Assembly: GCA_035940575.1 (NCBI GenBank)
Contig: DASZER010000043.1
Span: 130,961-194,960 of the forward strand
From: Frankiaceae bacterium
Lineage (GTDB): Bacteria > Actinomycetota > Actinomycetes > BP-191
Direction of reading: 5' to 3'
DNA: 64,000 nucleotides
Shown here: piece by piece, positions 6,774-16,073 of the stretch
Position numbering within the stretch: position 1 is the first letter of the stretch
Layout: every line of letters begins with the position of its first letter
Notes under the pieces: model-generated
The model's input: the letters and a program-made list of their open reading frames with translations, nothing else
Databases searched by the model: none
Told to the model about the DNA's origin: nothing
Program-made: the position numbers and the translations under genes

Positions 6774-9518
6774 TCACTCGCTGCCCGTCAGCGCGGCGGC
6801 CCGTTCCCGATCGTCGGGGCGGGCCGCCGTCGCGTACACCCCCGGCAGCTCGCCGCGCGAGGAGACCGCGAGCTTGCGGTAGGCCGACCCCAGGTGCATC
6901 TCCACCGTCCGGACCGTCAGGAACAGGTGCTGTGCGATCCGGCGGTTGCTCATGCCGGAGGCCGCGAGCCGCGCGATGCGGTCCTCCGACGGGGTCAGCG
7001 CGTCGACCCCCGTCCGTTCGACCCGGCGCGGCCGGGCCCCGGCAAGGCGGAGCTCCTCGCGGGCGCGGGTCTCGATGGGGACGGCGCCGTTGCGCGCCGC
7101 GTACTCCAGCGCCGACAGCAGCGGCGGGCGCGCGTCGGCCCGGCGGCCGGCGCGGCGCAGCGCGGCCCCAAGGGCCACCTCGGCGTTGGCGAGGTTCCAC
7201 CGGTACGGCGACGCGCCCAGCACCTCGACGGCGCGTTCGAGGGTGGCGATCGCCTCGTCCCCGCGGAGTGCGATCCCCAGCGCGGTGAGGGCGAGACCCG
7301 TCTCCTGCGGGTAGCCCGACCGCTCGGCCGCCTCCAGGGTGGCGCGCGCGACCTCCTCCGCCTCCTTCAGACGCCCTACGCCCGCCAGCGCGATGGCGTA
7401 GTCGGAGGACAGCCCGGCACCGGCGTGCAGGCGGCCGCCCAGCAGCTCGTACGCGCGCTCGGCCGGCTCGATCGCCGCGGCGTAGTCCCCCCGGTCCAGG
7501 GCGAGCTCCAGCCGGCGGCGGTCAAGCAGCCGCGTCGCGTAGTTGTCCTCGCGGCCACTCAGCGTCATCAGGAGCTGTTCAGCCTCGGCGAAGCGCCCCT
7601 GCATGGACAGGGTGGTGACGAGCCAGTCCTCGAGAGCCACGCGGTACTGCGGCGTGAGCCCCGGCGACACCAGACCGAGGCGCAGCGCGGCCTCGCAGGC
7701 GGGCAGGTCCCCGAGCTGGTTGGCCGAGATCGCGAGCTGGAGCTGCGCCGCCGCGTAGACCATCTCGGCACCGGTGCTCCGCGCCCGGTCGAGGAGGTTC
7801 GAGGCGATCGCGGCGGCCGCCTCCGGGGTGTCCGTCATCGAGGTCATGCGCATGTGCCAGAGCGCGATCGGGCTCAGCTCGGCGTCCTCGGAGCCGTTCG
7901 CCCTGGCGAGCAGCTCCTGCACCTCCGCCACCGGCGCCCCGCCGACCCGCCGGACGTACGCCTGCACGGTCAGCGCCCGGCGCTCCGCGGGGGTCCGGCC
8001 CTCGAGGTCGCAGGGCATCCGCTCGACGACCCGCAGCAGCTCGTCGATCACGGCCCCCTGCTCCGTCATGGCCATGACGCGTACGGCGTCGAGCTCCAGC
8101 CGCCGCTGCGCGTCGAGACCCGGCGACGACTGCACGTCGTCGAGCAGCGCCACGGCCTCGTCATGGCGCTCCGCCTCGACGTAGGCGTCGGCGAGCGACA
8201 CGGCGACGTCGGCGCGCAGGGCGTCCGACCTCGCCTCGGCGTACGCGGCCCGCAGCGTCGCGATGGCGTCCGGGCGGCCGAGCCGGGCCTGGAGGCAGCC
8301 CAGCTCGTAGCGCATCGCCGCGCGCGCGTCGGCGCGCGGCGGCTCCTCCAGTGCCCGCTGGAGGTAGCGGACGGCCGCGCGCGGGGCGGCGCGCGAGAGC
8401 GCGCGGTCGGCGGCGTCCCGCAGCAGCCGTACGGCGGCGGCGTCGCCCTCGGGCTCGCCGTGCAGCAGGTGCGCCGCGACGACCTCGACGTCGGCGCCGC
8501 GTTCGGCCAGCAGGCGGGCGGCGTCGGAGTGGGCCCGGCGGCGTTCCAGCGGCGGGATCTCCTCGTAGACCGCGGTGCGCATGAGCGGGTGGGCGAACGA
8601 CAGCCGGCCGCCGGCGAACACGAGGATCTCGGCCGCGATCAGCGCGTCCGCGCAGCGTCCGGCCGACACCTCGTCGATCCCGGCGACGGCCGCGGCCTCG
8701 GCCGGCGTCGGCGGCTCGGACGACAGCGCGATCGCGCGGGAGAGGGCAACCGCGTCGTCGGACACGCGCGCGACGCGGCGCAGGATGCCGCGCCCGACGT
8801 TCGCGGGCGCGACCCGCTCGACGTCGAGGTCCGCACCGGCGCGCGCGACCTCCAGCACGAGGAGGGGGTTGCCGCCCGTCGCGCGGTGGACCGTCGCCGG
8901 GTCCCGCGCGGAGACCAGCGCCGCCACGCCCTCGGCGCTCAGCGGCCGCGGGCGGACCACCTCCGCGAGGCCCGCCAGCTCCGCGACCGCGCCGGGGTCG
9001 GTGCCCGGCTCGGCGGGGCGCGCGCTCGCCAGCAGCAGGATCGGCAGGCCTTCGAGGCGCCGGGCGAGGTACCCGACGAAGCGGGAGGACTCCTCGTCGA
9101 GCCAGTGCAGGTCGTCGACCACGACGACGAGCGGGCTGCGGTCGGATAGCCCGACGGCGAGCCAGAACAGGCCGTAGAGCGGGTCGCCCGTCCGGTCGCC
9201 GTCGAAGCCGAGCACCGGCCGCGCCAGGCCGGCGGGGCCGTCGAAGAGCCCGTCCCGCTCCTCCTTCGGCAGCCGCATCACCGCCGCCGCGAACAGCTCG
9301 CGCACGGCACCGAAGGAGAGCGTCCCCTCCAGCTCGGCGCCGCGCGTACGGAGGACCGACACGCCCTCGGCCTCGCGCAACGCCTCGTCGACGAGGGCGG
9401 ACTTGCCGATGCCGGCGGGTCCCTCGACCAGCACGACGGCCCCCGTCCCGCTGTCGCGCAACGTGCGCAGGTGCGCCCGCAGGCTCGCGAGCTCCGCGTC
9501 GCGCTCGACGAGTGGCAC
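6774..9518 (-). CDS. Large ATP-binding LuxR-family (LAL-type) transcriptional regulator
   Basis: 914 aa. N-terminal P-loop VLVEGPAGIGKSALV, a long helical/TPR-like middle, and a C-terminal LuxR HTH LTPSEDRIARLAASGMSNRRIAQHLFLTVRTVEMHLGSAYRKL. Confidence 0.9.
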   Translation of the reverse strand: MPLVERDAELASLRAHLRTLRDSGTGAVVLVEGPAGIGKSALVDEALREAEGVSVLRTRGAELEGTLSFGAVRELFAAAVMRLPKEERDGLFDGPAGLARPVLGFDGDRTGDPLYGLFWLAVGLSDRSPLVVVVDDLHWLDEESSRFVGYLARRLEGLPILLLASARPAEPGTDPGAVAELAGLAEVVRPRPLSAEGVAALVSARDPATVHRATGGNPLLVLEVARAGADLDVERVAPANVGRGILRRVARVSDDAVALSRAIALSSEPPTPAEAAAVAGIDEVSAGRCADALIAAEILVFAGGRLSFAHPLMRTAVYEEIPPLERRRAHSDAARLLAERGADVEVVAAHLLHGEPEGDAAAVRLLRDAADRALSRAAPRAAVRYLQRALEEPPRADARAAMRYELGCLQARLGRPDAIATLRAAYAEARSDALRADVAVSLADAYVEAERHDEAVALLDDVQSSPGLDAQRRLELDAVRVMAMTEQGAVIDELLRVVERMPCDLEGRTPAERRALTVQAYVRRVGGAPVAEVQELLARANGSEDAELSPIALWHMRMTSMTDTPEAAAAIASNLLDRARSTGAEMVYAAAQLQLAISANQLGDLPACEAALRLGLVSPGLTPQYRVALEDWLVTTLSMQGRFAEAEQLLMTLSGREDNYATRLLDRRRLELALDRGDYAAAIEPAERAYELLGGRLHAGAGLSSDYAIALAGVGRLKEAEEVARATLEAAERSGYPQETGLALTALGIALRGDEAIATLERAVEVLGASPYRWNLANAEVALGAALRRAGRRADARPPLLSALEYAARNGAVPIETRAREELRLAGARPRRVERTGVDALTPSEDRIARLAASGMSNRRIAQHLFLTVRTVEMHLGSAYRKLAVSSRGELPGVYATAARPDDRERAAALTGSE

Positions 9519-9576
9519 GCGGCATGTCTACCAGCGGGTGATTCCGGCAGCCAGGGACGACGTAGGTTCTCGAGCC

Positions 9577-10083
9577 ATGCTGCTGACGGTCGGGCACGGC
9601 ACGCACGAGCAGGACGCGTTCACCGCGCTGCTGCGCGGCGCGGGCGTGACGACGCTGGTGGACGTACGCACCGCGCCGGGGTCGCGGCGGTACCCGTGGT
9701 TCGGCCGCGACGCGCTGGCGGCGTGGCTCCCCGAGGCGGGCATCGCGTACGAGCACGAGCGCGCGCTGGGCGGCTTCCGCAAGCCGCTGCCCGGCTCCCC
9801 CAACGCCGGCTGGCGCAACGAGTCGTTCCGCGGTTACGCCGACTACATGCGGACCGAGCCGTTCTGGACCGCGCTCGACGGCGTGCTCGCGCTGGCCGGC
9901 CAGGTCGCCGTGATGTGCTCGGAGAGCGTCTGGTGGCGCTGCCACCGGCGGCTCGTCGCCGACGCCGCGCAGGTCGTACGCGAGGTGCCGGTCGAGCACC
10001 TCATGCCCGACGGCCGTACGTCGCCGCACCGTCCCACCGAGGGCGTACGGCGCGACGGCGAGCTGCTGGTCTATCCCGGCTGA
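9577..10083 (+). CDS. DUF488 family protein
   Basis: Sub-ORF of track ORF 9403..10083 from ATG 9577, 168 aa. MLLTVGHGTHEQDAFTALLRGAGVTTLVDVRTAPGSRRYPWF... and CSESVWWRCHRRL match the DUF488 pattern. Confidence 0.8.
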   Translation: MLLTVGHGTHEQDAFTALLRGAGVTTLVDVRTAPGSRRYPWFGRDALAAWLPEAGIAYEHERALGGFRKPLPGSPNAGWRNESFRGYADYMRTEPFWTALDGVLALAGQVAVMCSESVWWRCHRRLVADAAQVVREVPVEHLMPDGRTSPHRPTEGVRRDGELLVYPG

Positions 10084-10130
10084 CAGAGGCACGCTCCACA
10101 GCCGGTCCTGGCGGGTGCCAGGATGGGCGC

Positions 10131-10301
10131 ATGGCGCGATTCCACAAGGGCGACCGGGTGCTGATCACCGAGGGCGCGTTCAAGGGGCAGTGGGCCGTGA
10201 TCGTCGACAAGGACGTCATCGGCGACGAGCTCACCGTGGCCCTCGGCGAGGACGGGCGCGAGATCCGTACGCACGAGGCGCACGTCGAGAAGGCGGACTA
10301 G
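10131..10301 (+). CDS. Small hypothetical protein with KOW-like motif
   Basis: Tail of track ORF 9471..10301 from ATG 10131, 56 aa: MARFHKGDRVLITEGAFKGQWAVIVDKD... The composition is normal, unlike the Arg-rich upstream part of the track ORF. Confidence 0.5.
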   Translation: MARFHKGDRVLITEGAFKGQWAVIVDKDVIGDELTVALGEDGREIRTHEAHVEKAD

Positions 10302-10316
10302 CCGCTCAGCGCTCCG

Positions 10317-11546
10317 TCAGCAGGTCACGCGCCACGTCCGCGCGCCGTCGGTGGAGCAGTACAGCCGCTGACCGCCGTCGGGCGCCAGCGCCGTGAGGAC
10401 CAGGCTCCCGTTCGGTAGCACCTCGAACGGCTCGCTGTCCCTGAGCCCGTGGTGGCTCGGTCCCGGCCAGCCGGGCACCCCGCGGCCGTAGGAGCTCGCG
10501 GACGGGCGCCAGTAGCCGAGCCTGCGCCACGTGCGGCCGTCGTCGTCGCTGCGGAAGATCTGCTCCCTGGGCGCCTCCCGGCTGTCCTTGCCGGAGACGC
10601 GCAGGTAGAGCCTGCGCGGGTCGCGCGGGTCGGACGCCACCCGTGCGAGCGCCCACTCGCCGTGCGCCGCAGCGTCGACGATCGCCTGCGCCGACGGCAG
10701 CCTGGCGAAGGAGCCGCCGCCGTCACGCGAGATCCACAGCGTCGGGATCATCGGCCCGAGCGAGGTCTGGGCGTGGACGACGCCGGTCCGCGCGAAGTCG
10801 GGCGACAGCCGAATGTCGTACACCCAGTCGTCCGGTGGGAACGTGCCCTTGCGCGTCGGGCACGCGAGCGACGGCGTGCACGGGTACACCGCGTCCTGGA
10901 CCCGCAACGGGATGCCGCCCGTCAGCATCGTCGGCGCGTCCCGGCCGACCGCCAGGATCGTCCCGGCATACGGGCCGTCGCCCGGCGGAGCCGCGAGGAA
11001 CGTCTCGATGAGCCCCGGCCCCCCTGGCGCGACCCACCGGGCGGGCGGGTGGAGCAACTGCGGAGGCGCGGCCTGGAACGCCTGCGCCAGGAGCACGCCG
11101 TTCGGGACAGGCACCGGCGACACGGGCAGCACCCGCCGCAACGCCGTGATCGACGGCATCAGCGTGCTCGCGCCGCCCGCCGGGTCGACGGGGAGCAGCG
11201 TCGCCGCGGCGTCGGTGCTGGCGTAGAGAGCCTCCTTCGTCTGGAGGAACAGCAGGCGGTCCTGCGAGTACGTCGGCGACAGGACCAGACCGTTGAAGTA
11301 CTGCTCGTCGCCGTCGAGGAAGCCGGTCGGGACGGCCGTGCGCCACGTCCTGCCGAGGTCGTTCGACGACGACACGGTGATCTGGCCCGGCTCGGTGAGA
11401 ACGCAGAACACCGTCCTGTCGCGCATGACCGTCGGCGAGACGACGAGGGTGTCGCACGCCACGGGACGAGCGGGCGCGCCCGTCGCGGGCACGGCCAGCG
11501 TGAGGGCCGCGGCGGCCAAGGCCGCCGCGCATCGCACCGCGCGCAC
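10317..11546 (-). CDS. Secreted BNR/Asp-box repeat protein (sialidase-like beta-propeller fold)
   Basis: Sub-ORF of track ORF 10317..11867 from GTG 11546 (VRAVRCAAALAAAALTLAVPATGAPA signal peptide). Asp-box motifs SSNDLGRTW, SRDGGGSF, SDDDGRTW, STDGARTW. Start position approximate. Confidence 0.75.
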   Translation of the reverse strand: MRAVRCAAALAAAALTLAVPATGAPARPVACDTLVVSPTVMRDRTVFCVLTEPGQITVSSSNDLGRTWRTAVPTGFLDGDEQYFNGLVLSPTYSQDRLLFLQTKEALYASTDAAATLLPVDPAGGASTLMPSITALRRVLPVSPVPVPNGVLLAQAFQAAPPQLLHPPARWVAPGGPGLIETFLAAPPGDGPYAGTILAVGRDAPTMLTGGIPLRVQDAVYPCTPSLACPTRKGTFPPDDWVYDIRLSPDFARTGVVHAQTSLGPMIPTLWISRDGGGSFARLPSAQAIVDAAAHGEWALARVASDPRDPRRLYLRVSGKDSREAPREQIFRSDDDGRTWRRLGYWRPSASSYGRGVPGWPGPSHHGLRDSEPFEVLPNGSLVLTALAPDGGQRLYCSTDGARTWRVTC

Positions 11547-11548
11547 GG

Positions 11549-12046
11549 TCAGCCCCGGTAGGAGTCGAGGGTGCCGGACCAAGCCCGGCTCGTGCCGCAG
11601 GCGCCCTCGACGACACCCTCGACACTGACCGTCTCCCGGCCGAACGCGTCGACGTACCGGCCCGAGTACGTGATCGCCCCGTCGCTCGCGACGAGGAGCA
11701 CGGGGATGTGCTGGGTCAGGCTCGCGGAGTCGGTGAAGTAGACGTCGCCGTTGCCGACGCCGGCGCAGAGGCGCGTCGTGCCATTCCCCTGCTTCTCGTA
11801 GCTCCCGGAAATCGTCGCGCGGCACCGGTTGATACGAACGAGTGCCGCACCCACGAGGTCCTGGCACGTGCCGAGGTCGGTGGTACCGGTCACGATGACG
11901 GTGATCCCGTCGTCACCGAACTTCGCACGGCCGGTCCAGGTGGCGACGTTGCCGTAGACGGCGTCCGAGGCACTGACCGGGACGGGAGCGAGCGGAAGGA
12001 GGGCGGCCGGAAGGGCCGCGAGCGCTAAGCGCGCACGGATACGCAT
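11549..12046 (-). CDS. Secreted hypothetical protein
   Basis: 165 aa. Signal peptide MRIRARLALAALPAALLPLAPVPVSASD and several Cys. It ends 2 nt before the BNR gene start, so they are probably co-transcribed. Confidence 0.6.
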   Translation of the reverse strand: MRIRARLALAALPAALLPLAPVPVSASDAVYGNVATWTGRAKFGDDGITVIVTGTTDLGTCQDLVGAALVRINRCRATISGSYEKQGNGTTRLCAGVGNGDVYFTDSASLTQHIPVLLVASDGAITYSGRYVDAFGRETVSVEGVVEGACGTSRAWSGTLDSYRG

Positions 12047-12129
12047 GACAAGATCCCCCGATCTTGGTGAACGCTGTGAGAGGGATTGAGCGTTCTCTCC
12101 CCTGTCCCCACCACTATGGCGACAACGGA

Positions 12130-12418
12130 TTAGCGCGGACCATACTGAATCTGGCTTTCCGGCGCCAGAGGGCGTTCAAAAGCCGACTTATTCTCGGGGT
12201 CAGCGCTCCAGCCCGTCGACCCGACGCGCCTCACGGTGTCGAGCGCGAGGCGCAGGTGCCGTTGCGCCTCTTCGAGGTCGCGAGGTCGGGCGGCCAGCGC
12301 CTCGGCCGGCTCCGCCCGCTCGCGCACCCGGCCCCACGAACGTCGTCCCCGGCACGGGAACGACGAGCGCCTGGAACAGCCGCGTCGACCCGACGATGTC
12401 GGTGAAGACGCGCGCCAC
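12130..12418 (-). pseudogene. Remnant of a class III adenylate/guanylate cyclase-type gene
   Basis: Track ORF 12200..12418 opens MARVFTDIVGSTRLFQAL, the signature start of a cyclase catalytic domain, but turns Gly/Arg/Pro-rich after about 20 codons. The overlapping ORF 12130..12327 in another frame reads ...EALAARPRDLEEAQRHLRLALDTV.... Too short for any intact domain; the flanking DNA at 12060-12200 is visibly lower in GC. Confidence 0.35.
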
Positions 12419-13924
12419 CTACGCCGTCGCGCGCCGCAGGCCGCAGACCACCGCGACCGCCACGACCGCCGCGACCGCGAGCCCGTACGGCGCGCCGGTG
12501 GCCGGCGTCGACCCTCCGCCCGTCCCGCCGCCGGCCCCGCCGCCGCTGCCGCCCCCGGTGCCGCCGCTGCCGCCCCCGGACCCGCCGCCGCCGCCCTCGC
12601 CGCCGCCCGCGCACGTCGTCAACGGCGTCGCGTCGGTCTCGGCACGGTCGTCGTTGCGCGCGTCGAGCAGCAGCGGGATCACCGGCTCGGCGGGCTGCGC
12701 CATCGTCACGCGCCGCCCCCCGCCCGCGGGCACCGACGCGATGCCCTGCAGGTCGAGGATGTCGCGCACGTCGGCGTACTGCGCCGCCGTCAGGTCGTAC
12801 GCGCACGGCGCGTCGACCGCGACCTCCGGGTCGCCGTTGCCGGACAGCGTCGTGTCCTCGTCCTGGCCGGAGAAGTAGACGGGCGCGGACTGCGTGCGCC
12901 CCTCCTCGGTCTTGCGCGCGGGCGCGGCACTCGTCGCCGCCGTCAGCTCGCTGGACGACGCCGCCGTGAACCCGAGCGTGCAGCCGATCGTCGTGCGGTG
13001 GCTCTCGACGCGGCGTAGCTGGACGCCGGCGGTCGTCGCCTCGTCGGGAACGTTAGTGGCGTCCATCGACACGGCGCTCTCGACCAGGATGCCGACGACG
13101 TGGCGCAGGCCGGCGGCGTTGCGCAGGATGCCCTCGTCGCCGCCGCCCGCCGTCTGCTGCACGTCCGTCGAGCCGACCGCGTCGATGCCGTACTCGTCGG
13201 AGGTGAACCCCGCCTCCGCGAGGCACGGCGCGAGCACCTCCTTGCTGAACGACACCCCGAGGTCGTGCACGGCGTCGTCGACGTTGAGGTTGCGCGGCCA
13301 GAGGTAGAGCACGTCGTCGTCGTAGAGGACCGGCTCGCCGGGGCCGTACTCGTGGTGGTCGATCGCGATGTCGGGCTGCCAGTCGCGGACGACCTTCGCG
13401 ATCGCGCGCGCCTCGGGCGAGGTGAGGTTGAGGTGGTCGCGGTTGACGTCGACGCCCTCGGCGTTCTCGCGGGAGTTCGCGGCGCGGCCGTCGGGGTTGG
13501 CCGTCGGCACGAACAGGAACGTCTGCCGCTCGAGCTGCGCGACGACCTCCGCGTCCTCGCTGAACGCCAGGTCCCGCAACGCGATCAGGCACGCCTCGCG
13601 ACCGGCGGGCTCGTTGCCGTGCTGCGTGCAGATGTGCAGCTCGACCGGCTGCGTCCGCGCCTGCGCGGCGGTGCGCGGCGCCGGCTCGCCGATGACGACG
13701 AGGTGCATCGGCCGGTCCTCGGTCGTGCTGCCGATGACCTCGACGCGTACGCGGTCGCTCGCCGCGTCGACGGCCGCGAGGAACGCCAGCTCCTCCTCGG
13801 GCGTCGTCCACGACGCGCCCCCGCTCTCCTCGAACGCCGTTCTCGGCGGGTCGGCCGCGCGCGACGGCGCGGGCACGGCGAGGGACAGCAGGGCGAGGGC
13901 GACGACGGGCAGGTGGCGGCGCAT
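12419..13924 (-). CDS. M14-family zinc carboxypeptidase with Gly-rich linker and C-terminal anchor-like signal
   Basis: Track ORF 12419..13960. Preferred start is ATG 13924 (MRRHLPVVALALLSLAVPAPSRA signal peptide), which avoids overlap with thrB. Zinc motif HICTQHGNEPAGRE and later HHEYG. The C-terminus is GGGEGGGGGSGGGSGGTGGGSGGGAGGGTGGGSTPATGAPYGLAVAAVVAVAVVCGLRRATA. Confidence 0.85.
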   Translation of the reverse strand: MRRHLPVVALALLSLAVPAPSRAADPPRTAFEESGGASWTTPEEELAFLAAVDAASDRVRVEVIGSTTEDRPMHLVVIGEPAPRTAAQARTQPVELHICTQHGNEPAGREACLIALRDLAFSEDAEVVAQLERQTFLFVPTANPDGRAANSRENAEGVDVNRDHLNLTSPEARAIAKVVRDWQPDIAIDHHEYGPGEPVLYDDDVLYLWPRNLNVDDAVHDLGVSFSKEVLAPCLAEAGFTSDEYGIDAVGSTDVQQTAGGGDEGILRNAAGLRHVVGILVESAVSMDATNVPDEATTAGVQLRRVESHRTTIGCTLGFTAASSSELTAATSAAPARKTEEGRTQSAPVYFSGQDEDTTLSGNGDPEVAVDAPCAYDLTAAQYADVRDILDLQGIASVPAGGGRRVTMAQPAEPVIPLLLDARNDDRAETDATPLTTCAGGGEGGGGGSGGGSGGTGGGSGGGAGGGTGGGSTPATGAPYGLAVAAVVAVAVVCGLRRATA

Positions 13925-13937
13925 GGGACGAAGGTAG

Positions 13938-14810
13938 TCAGACCGGGAGGACCTGTGCACCTTCGGCGTCCACCGGCAGCGGCGTCGCGGTCCAGCCGCG
14001 TCCGGCGTTGAAGTCCGCGCCGCCGAACGCCAGCACGGTCGGGCCCGAGCCGCTCACCACGGCGGGGACGCCGGCCGCGCGCAGCGACGCGACGAGCGCC
14101 GCCGTACGCGGCATCGCCTCCGCGCGGTACGGCTGGTGCAGCCGGTCCTCGGTCGCCGCCATGAGCAGGTCCGGGCGGCGGCCGAGCGCCTCCACGAGCA
14201 GCGCGGCGCGGGCGGCGTTGAACGACGCGTCGGCGTGCGGCACGGTCTCCGGCAGCATCCTGCGCGCCTTGGCCGTCGAGGACCGCGACGTCGGCACGAA
14301 CGCCACGGGCGAGACCGACCGGTGGACGGGCAGCCGCGCGGCGCCGCCCTCCCACGCGACGGTGAGGCCGCCGTAGAGGCAGGCCGCGACGTTGTCGGGG
14401 TGGCCCTCGACCTCGGTGCAGAGGGCGTAGACCTCGTCGTCGTCGAGGCCGCCGAGGACGAGCGAGCGTGCCGCGAGCACGCCCGCCACGATCGCCGCGG
14501 CGGACGAGCCGAGGCCGCGGCCGTGCGGGATGCGGTTGGCGCAGACGAGCTCGATGCCGCGCGGCTGCCCGCCCATCCTGTCGAACGCCGCGCGCATCGC
14601 CTTGACGACGAGGTTGCGCCGGTCGCGCGGCACGTCGTCGGCACCCTCCCCCGCCACGTCGACGTGCACGCCGGACTCGCCGATGCGCGCGACGACGTCG
14701 TCGTAGAGGCCGAGCGCGAGCCCGAACGAGTCGAAGCCGGGGCCGAGGTTCGCCGACGTCGCGGGGACGCGCACCCGCACGGGCGCCGCGCGGAACGACG
14801 GACCCGCCAC
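13938..14810 (-). CDS. thrB: Homoserine kinase
   Basis: Sub-ORF of track ORF 13938..15902 from GTG 14810, 290 aa. VPATSANLGPGFDSFG and the GHMP kinase motif IPHGRGLGSSAAAIVAG. The start shares 1 nt with the MFS gene stop. Confidence 0.9.
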   Translation of the reverse strand: MAGPSFRAAPVRVRVPATSANLGPGFDSFGLALGLYDDVVARIGESGVHVDVAGEGADDVPRDRRNLVVKAMRAAFDRMGGQPRGIELVCANRIPHGRGLGSSAAAIVAGVLAARSLVLGGLDDDEVYALCTEVEGHPDNVAACLYGGLTVAWEGGAARLPVHRSVSPVAFVPTSRSSTAKARRMLPETVPHADASFNAARAALLVEALGRRPDLLMAATEDRLHQPYRAEAMPRTAALVASLRAAGVPAVVSGSGPTVLAFGGADFNAGRGWTATPLPVDAEGAQVLPV

Positions 14811-16042
14811 TACGCCACCTCCTCGCGCCGGAAGCGGCGCGTCGCGAACAGCCAGCCGACAGCGTAGAGAAGGACGAGCGACCCGAGCCCGAACGAGACG
14901 CGCCGCGGGTCGACGCGGTCGGCGAGCGCGCCCGCGAGCGCCTGCGACGACGCGATGACGAGCGTCGAGATCATGTAGTCGACGGAGAACACGCGGCCTC
15001 GCACGTGGTCGGGCACGATCGTCTGCAGGCCGTACGACGACAGGATCCAGTTGCCGCCGCCGCCGAGGTGCGCGACGCAGACGATCAGCGCCCCGAGCCA
15101 CAGCCACGGCGCGACGGCGAGCGCCATGTAGCCGAGGCCGAACACGATCATCCAGGTGCCGAGCACCGTCCAGAGGTAGCGGTCGTTCCGCGCGATGACG
15201 CGGCGGCCGAGGATCGGCCCGAACAGCGCCCCGAGCCCGCGCGCCGCGAACAGCACGCCGATCGCGCCCGCGACGTTCTCGCCGTCGAGGCCGTAGACGG
15301 TCGCGGCGAAGATCGGGTACATCGCGATGGCGCCGTTGCCGATGGACGGCCCGGCCTTGCACGCGAGCAGGCCGACGACGCGGTGGTCGCTGCGCGCGTA
15401 CTCCACCGTCGCGCGCAGGTCGGCGCGGACGCCCGCGCGCGGCAGGTGCCTGCGGTCCTCGCCGAACGGCCGCGTCGTACGCCACGTGTACAGCCCCGAC
15501 AGGAGGAACGACACCGCGTCGATGACGAAGCACCAGTGCGGCCCGAACGCATGCGCCGCCAGACCGCCCAGGCCCGCGCCCACGGCGAGCATGGTGCCCC
15601 ACGTGGCGCCGTTGAGGACGGTCGCGACCGGCAGGTCCTCGCGGTCCACGAGGTTCGGCAACGCCGCCGCGGCGGCCGGCGAGTAGAACGCCTTCGCGCC
15701 CGCCACGCCGCCGAGCGCGACGATCGCGATCCACGCCGTCTCCGCGCTGCGCACGAACAGCAGCAGCGAGATCAGCGCCGCCGACACGACGTCGGCGACG
15801 ACCATGATCGTGCGCCGGTCGAGGCGGTCCACGATCGTCCCCGCCCACGGCGAGAGCAGCGCGAACAGCAGCGTGTCGACCGCGAGCACGAGCCCGCCCC
15901 ACATGCCCGAGCCGGTCAGCTCGGGCAGCAGCGCGAGCAGCGGAACGACCGCGAACCAGTCGCCTCCGAGGCTCACCAGCTCCGAGACGAAGACGCGTCG
16001 GAAGTCCTTGTTGCGTCGAAGGAGATCGACGTAAGCGTTCAC
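14810..16042 (-). CDS. MFS transporter
   Basis: 410 aa with about 12 hydrophobic helices and a WAGTIVDRLDRR loop motif typical of MFS. Located between thrC and thrB. Confidence 0.85.
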   Translation of the reverse strand: MNAYVDLLRRNKDFRRVFVSELVSLGGDWFAVVPLLALLPELTGSGMWGGLVLAVDTLLFALLSPWAGTIVDRLDRRTIMVVADVVSAALISLLLFVRSAETAWIAIVALGGVAGAKAFYSPAAAAALPNLVDREDLPVATVLNGATWGTMLAVGAGLGGLAAHAFGPHWCFVIDAVSFLLSGLYTWRTTRPFGEDRRHLPRAGVRADLRATVEYARSDHRVVGLLACKAGPSIGNGAIAMYPIFAATVYGLDGENVAGAIGVLFAARGLGALFGPILGRRVIARNDRYLWTVLGTWMIVFGLGYMALAVAPWLWLGALIVCVAHLGGGGNWILSSYGLQTIVPDHVRGRVFSVDYMISTLVIASSQALAGALADRVDPRRVSFGLGSLVLLYAVGWLFATRRFRREEVA

Positions 16043-16073
16043 CGGGAGCCGGTGCCGAGACGATACGGACTGC

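Noticed and set aside
6222-9149. 975-aa plus-strand ORF antisense to the LAL regulator
   Set aside because: Arg/Gly/Pro/Asp-rich junk composition. The minus-strand frame carries a P-loop, TPR-like repeats and a LuxR HTH.
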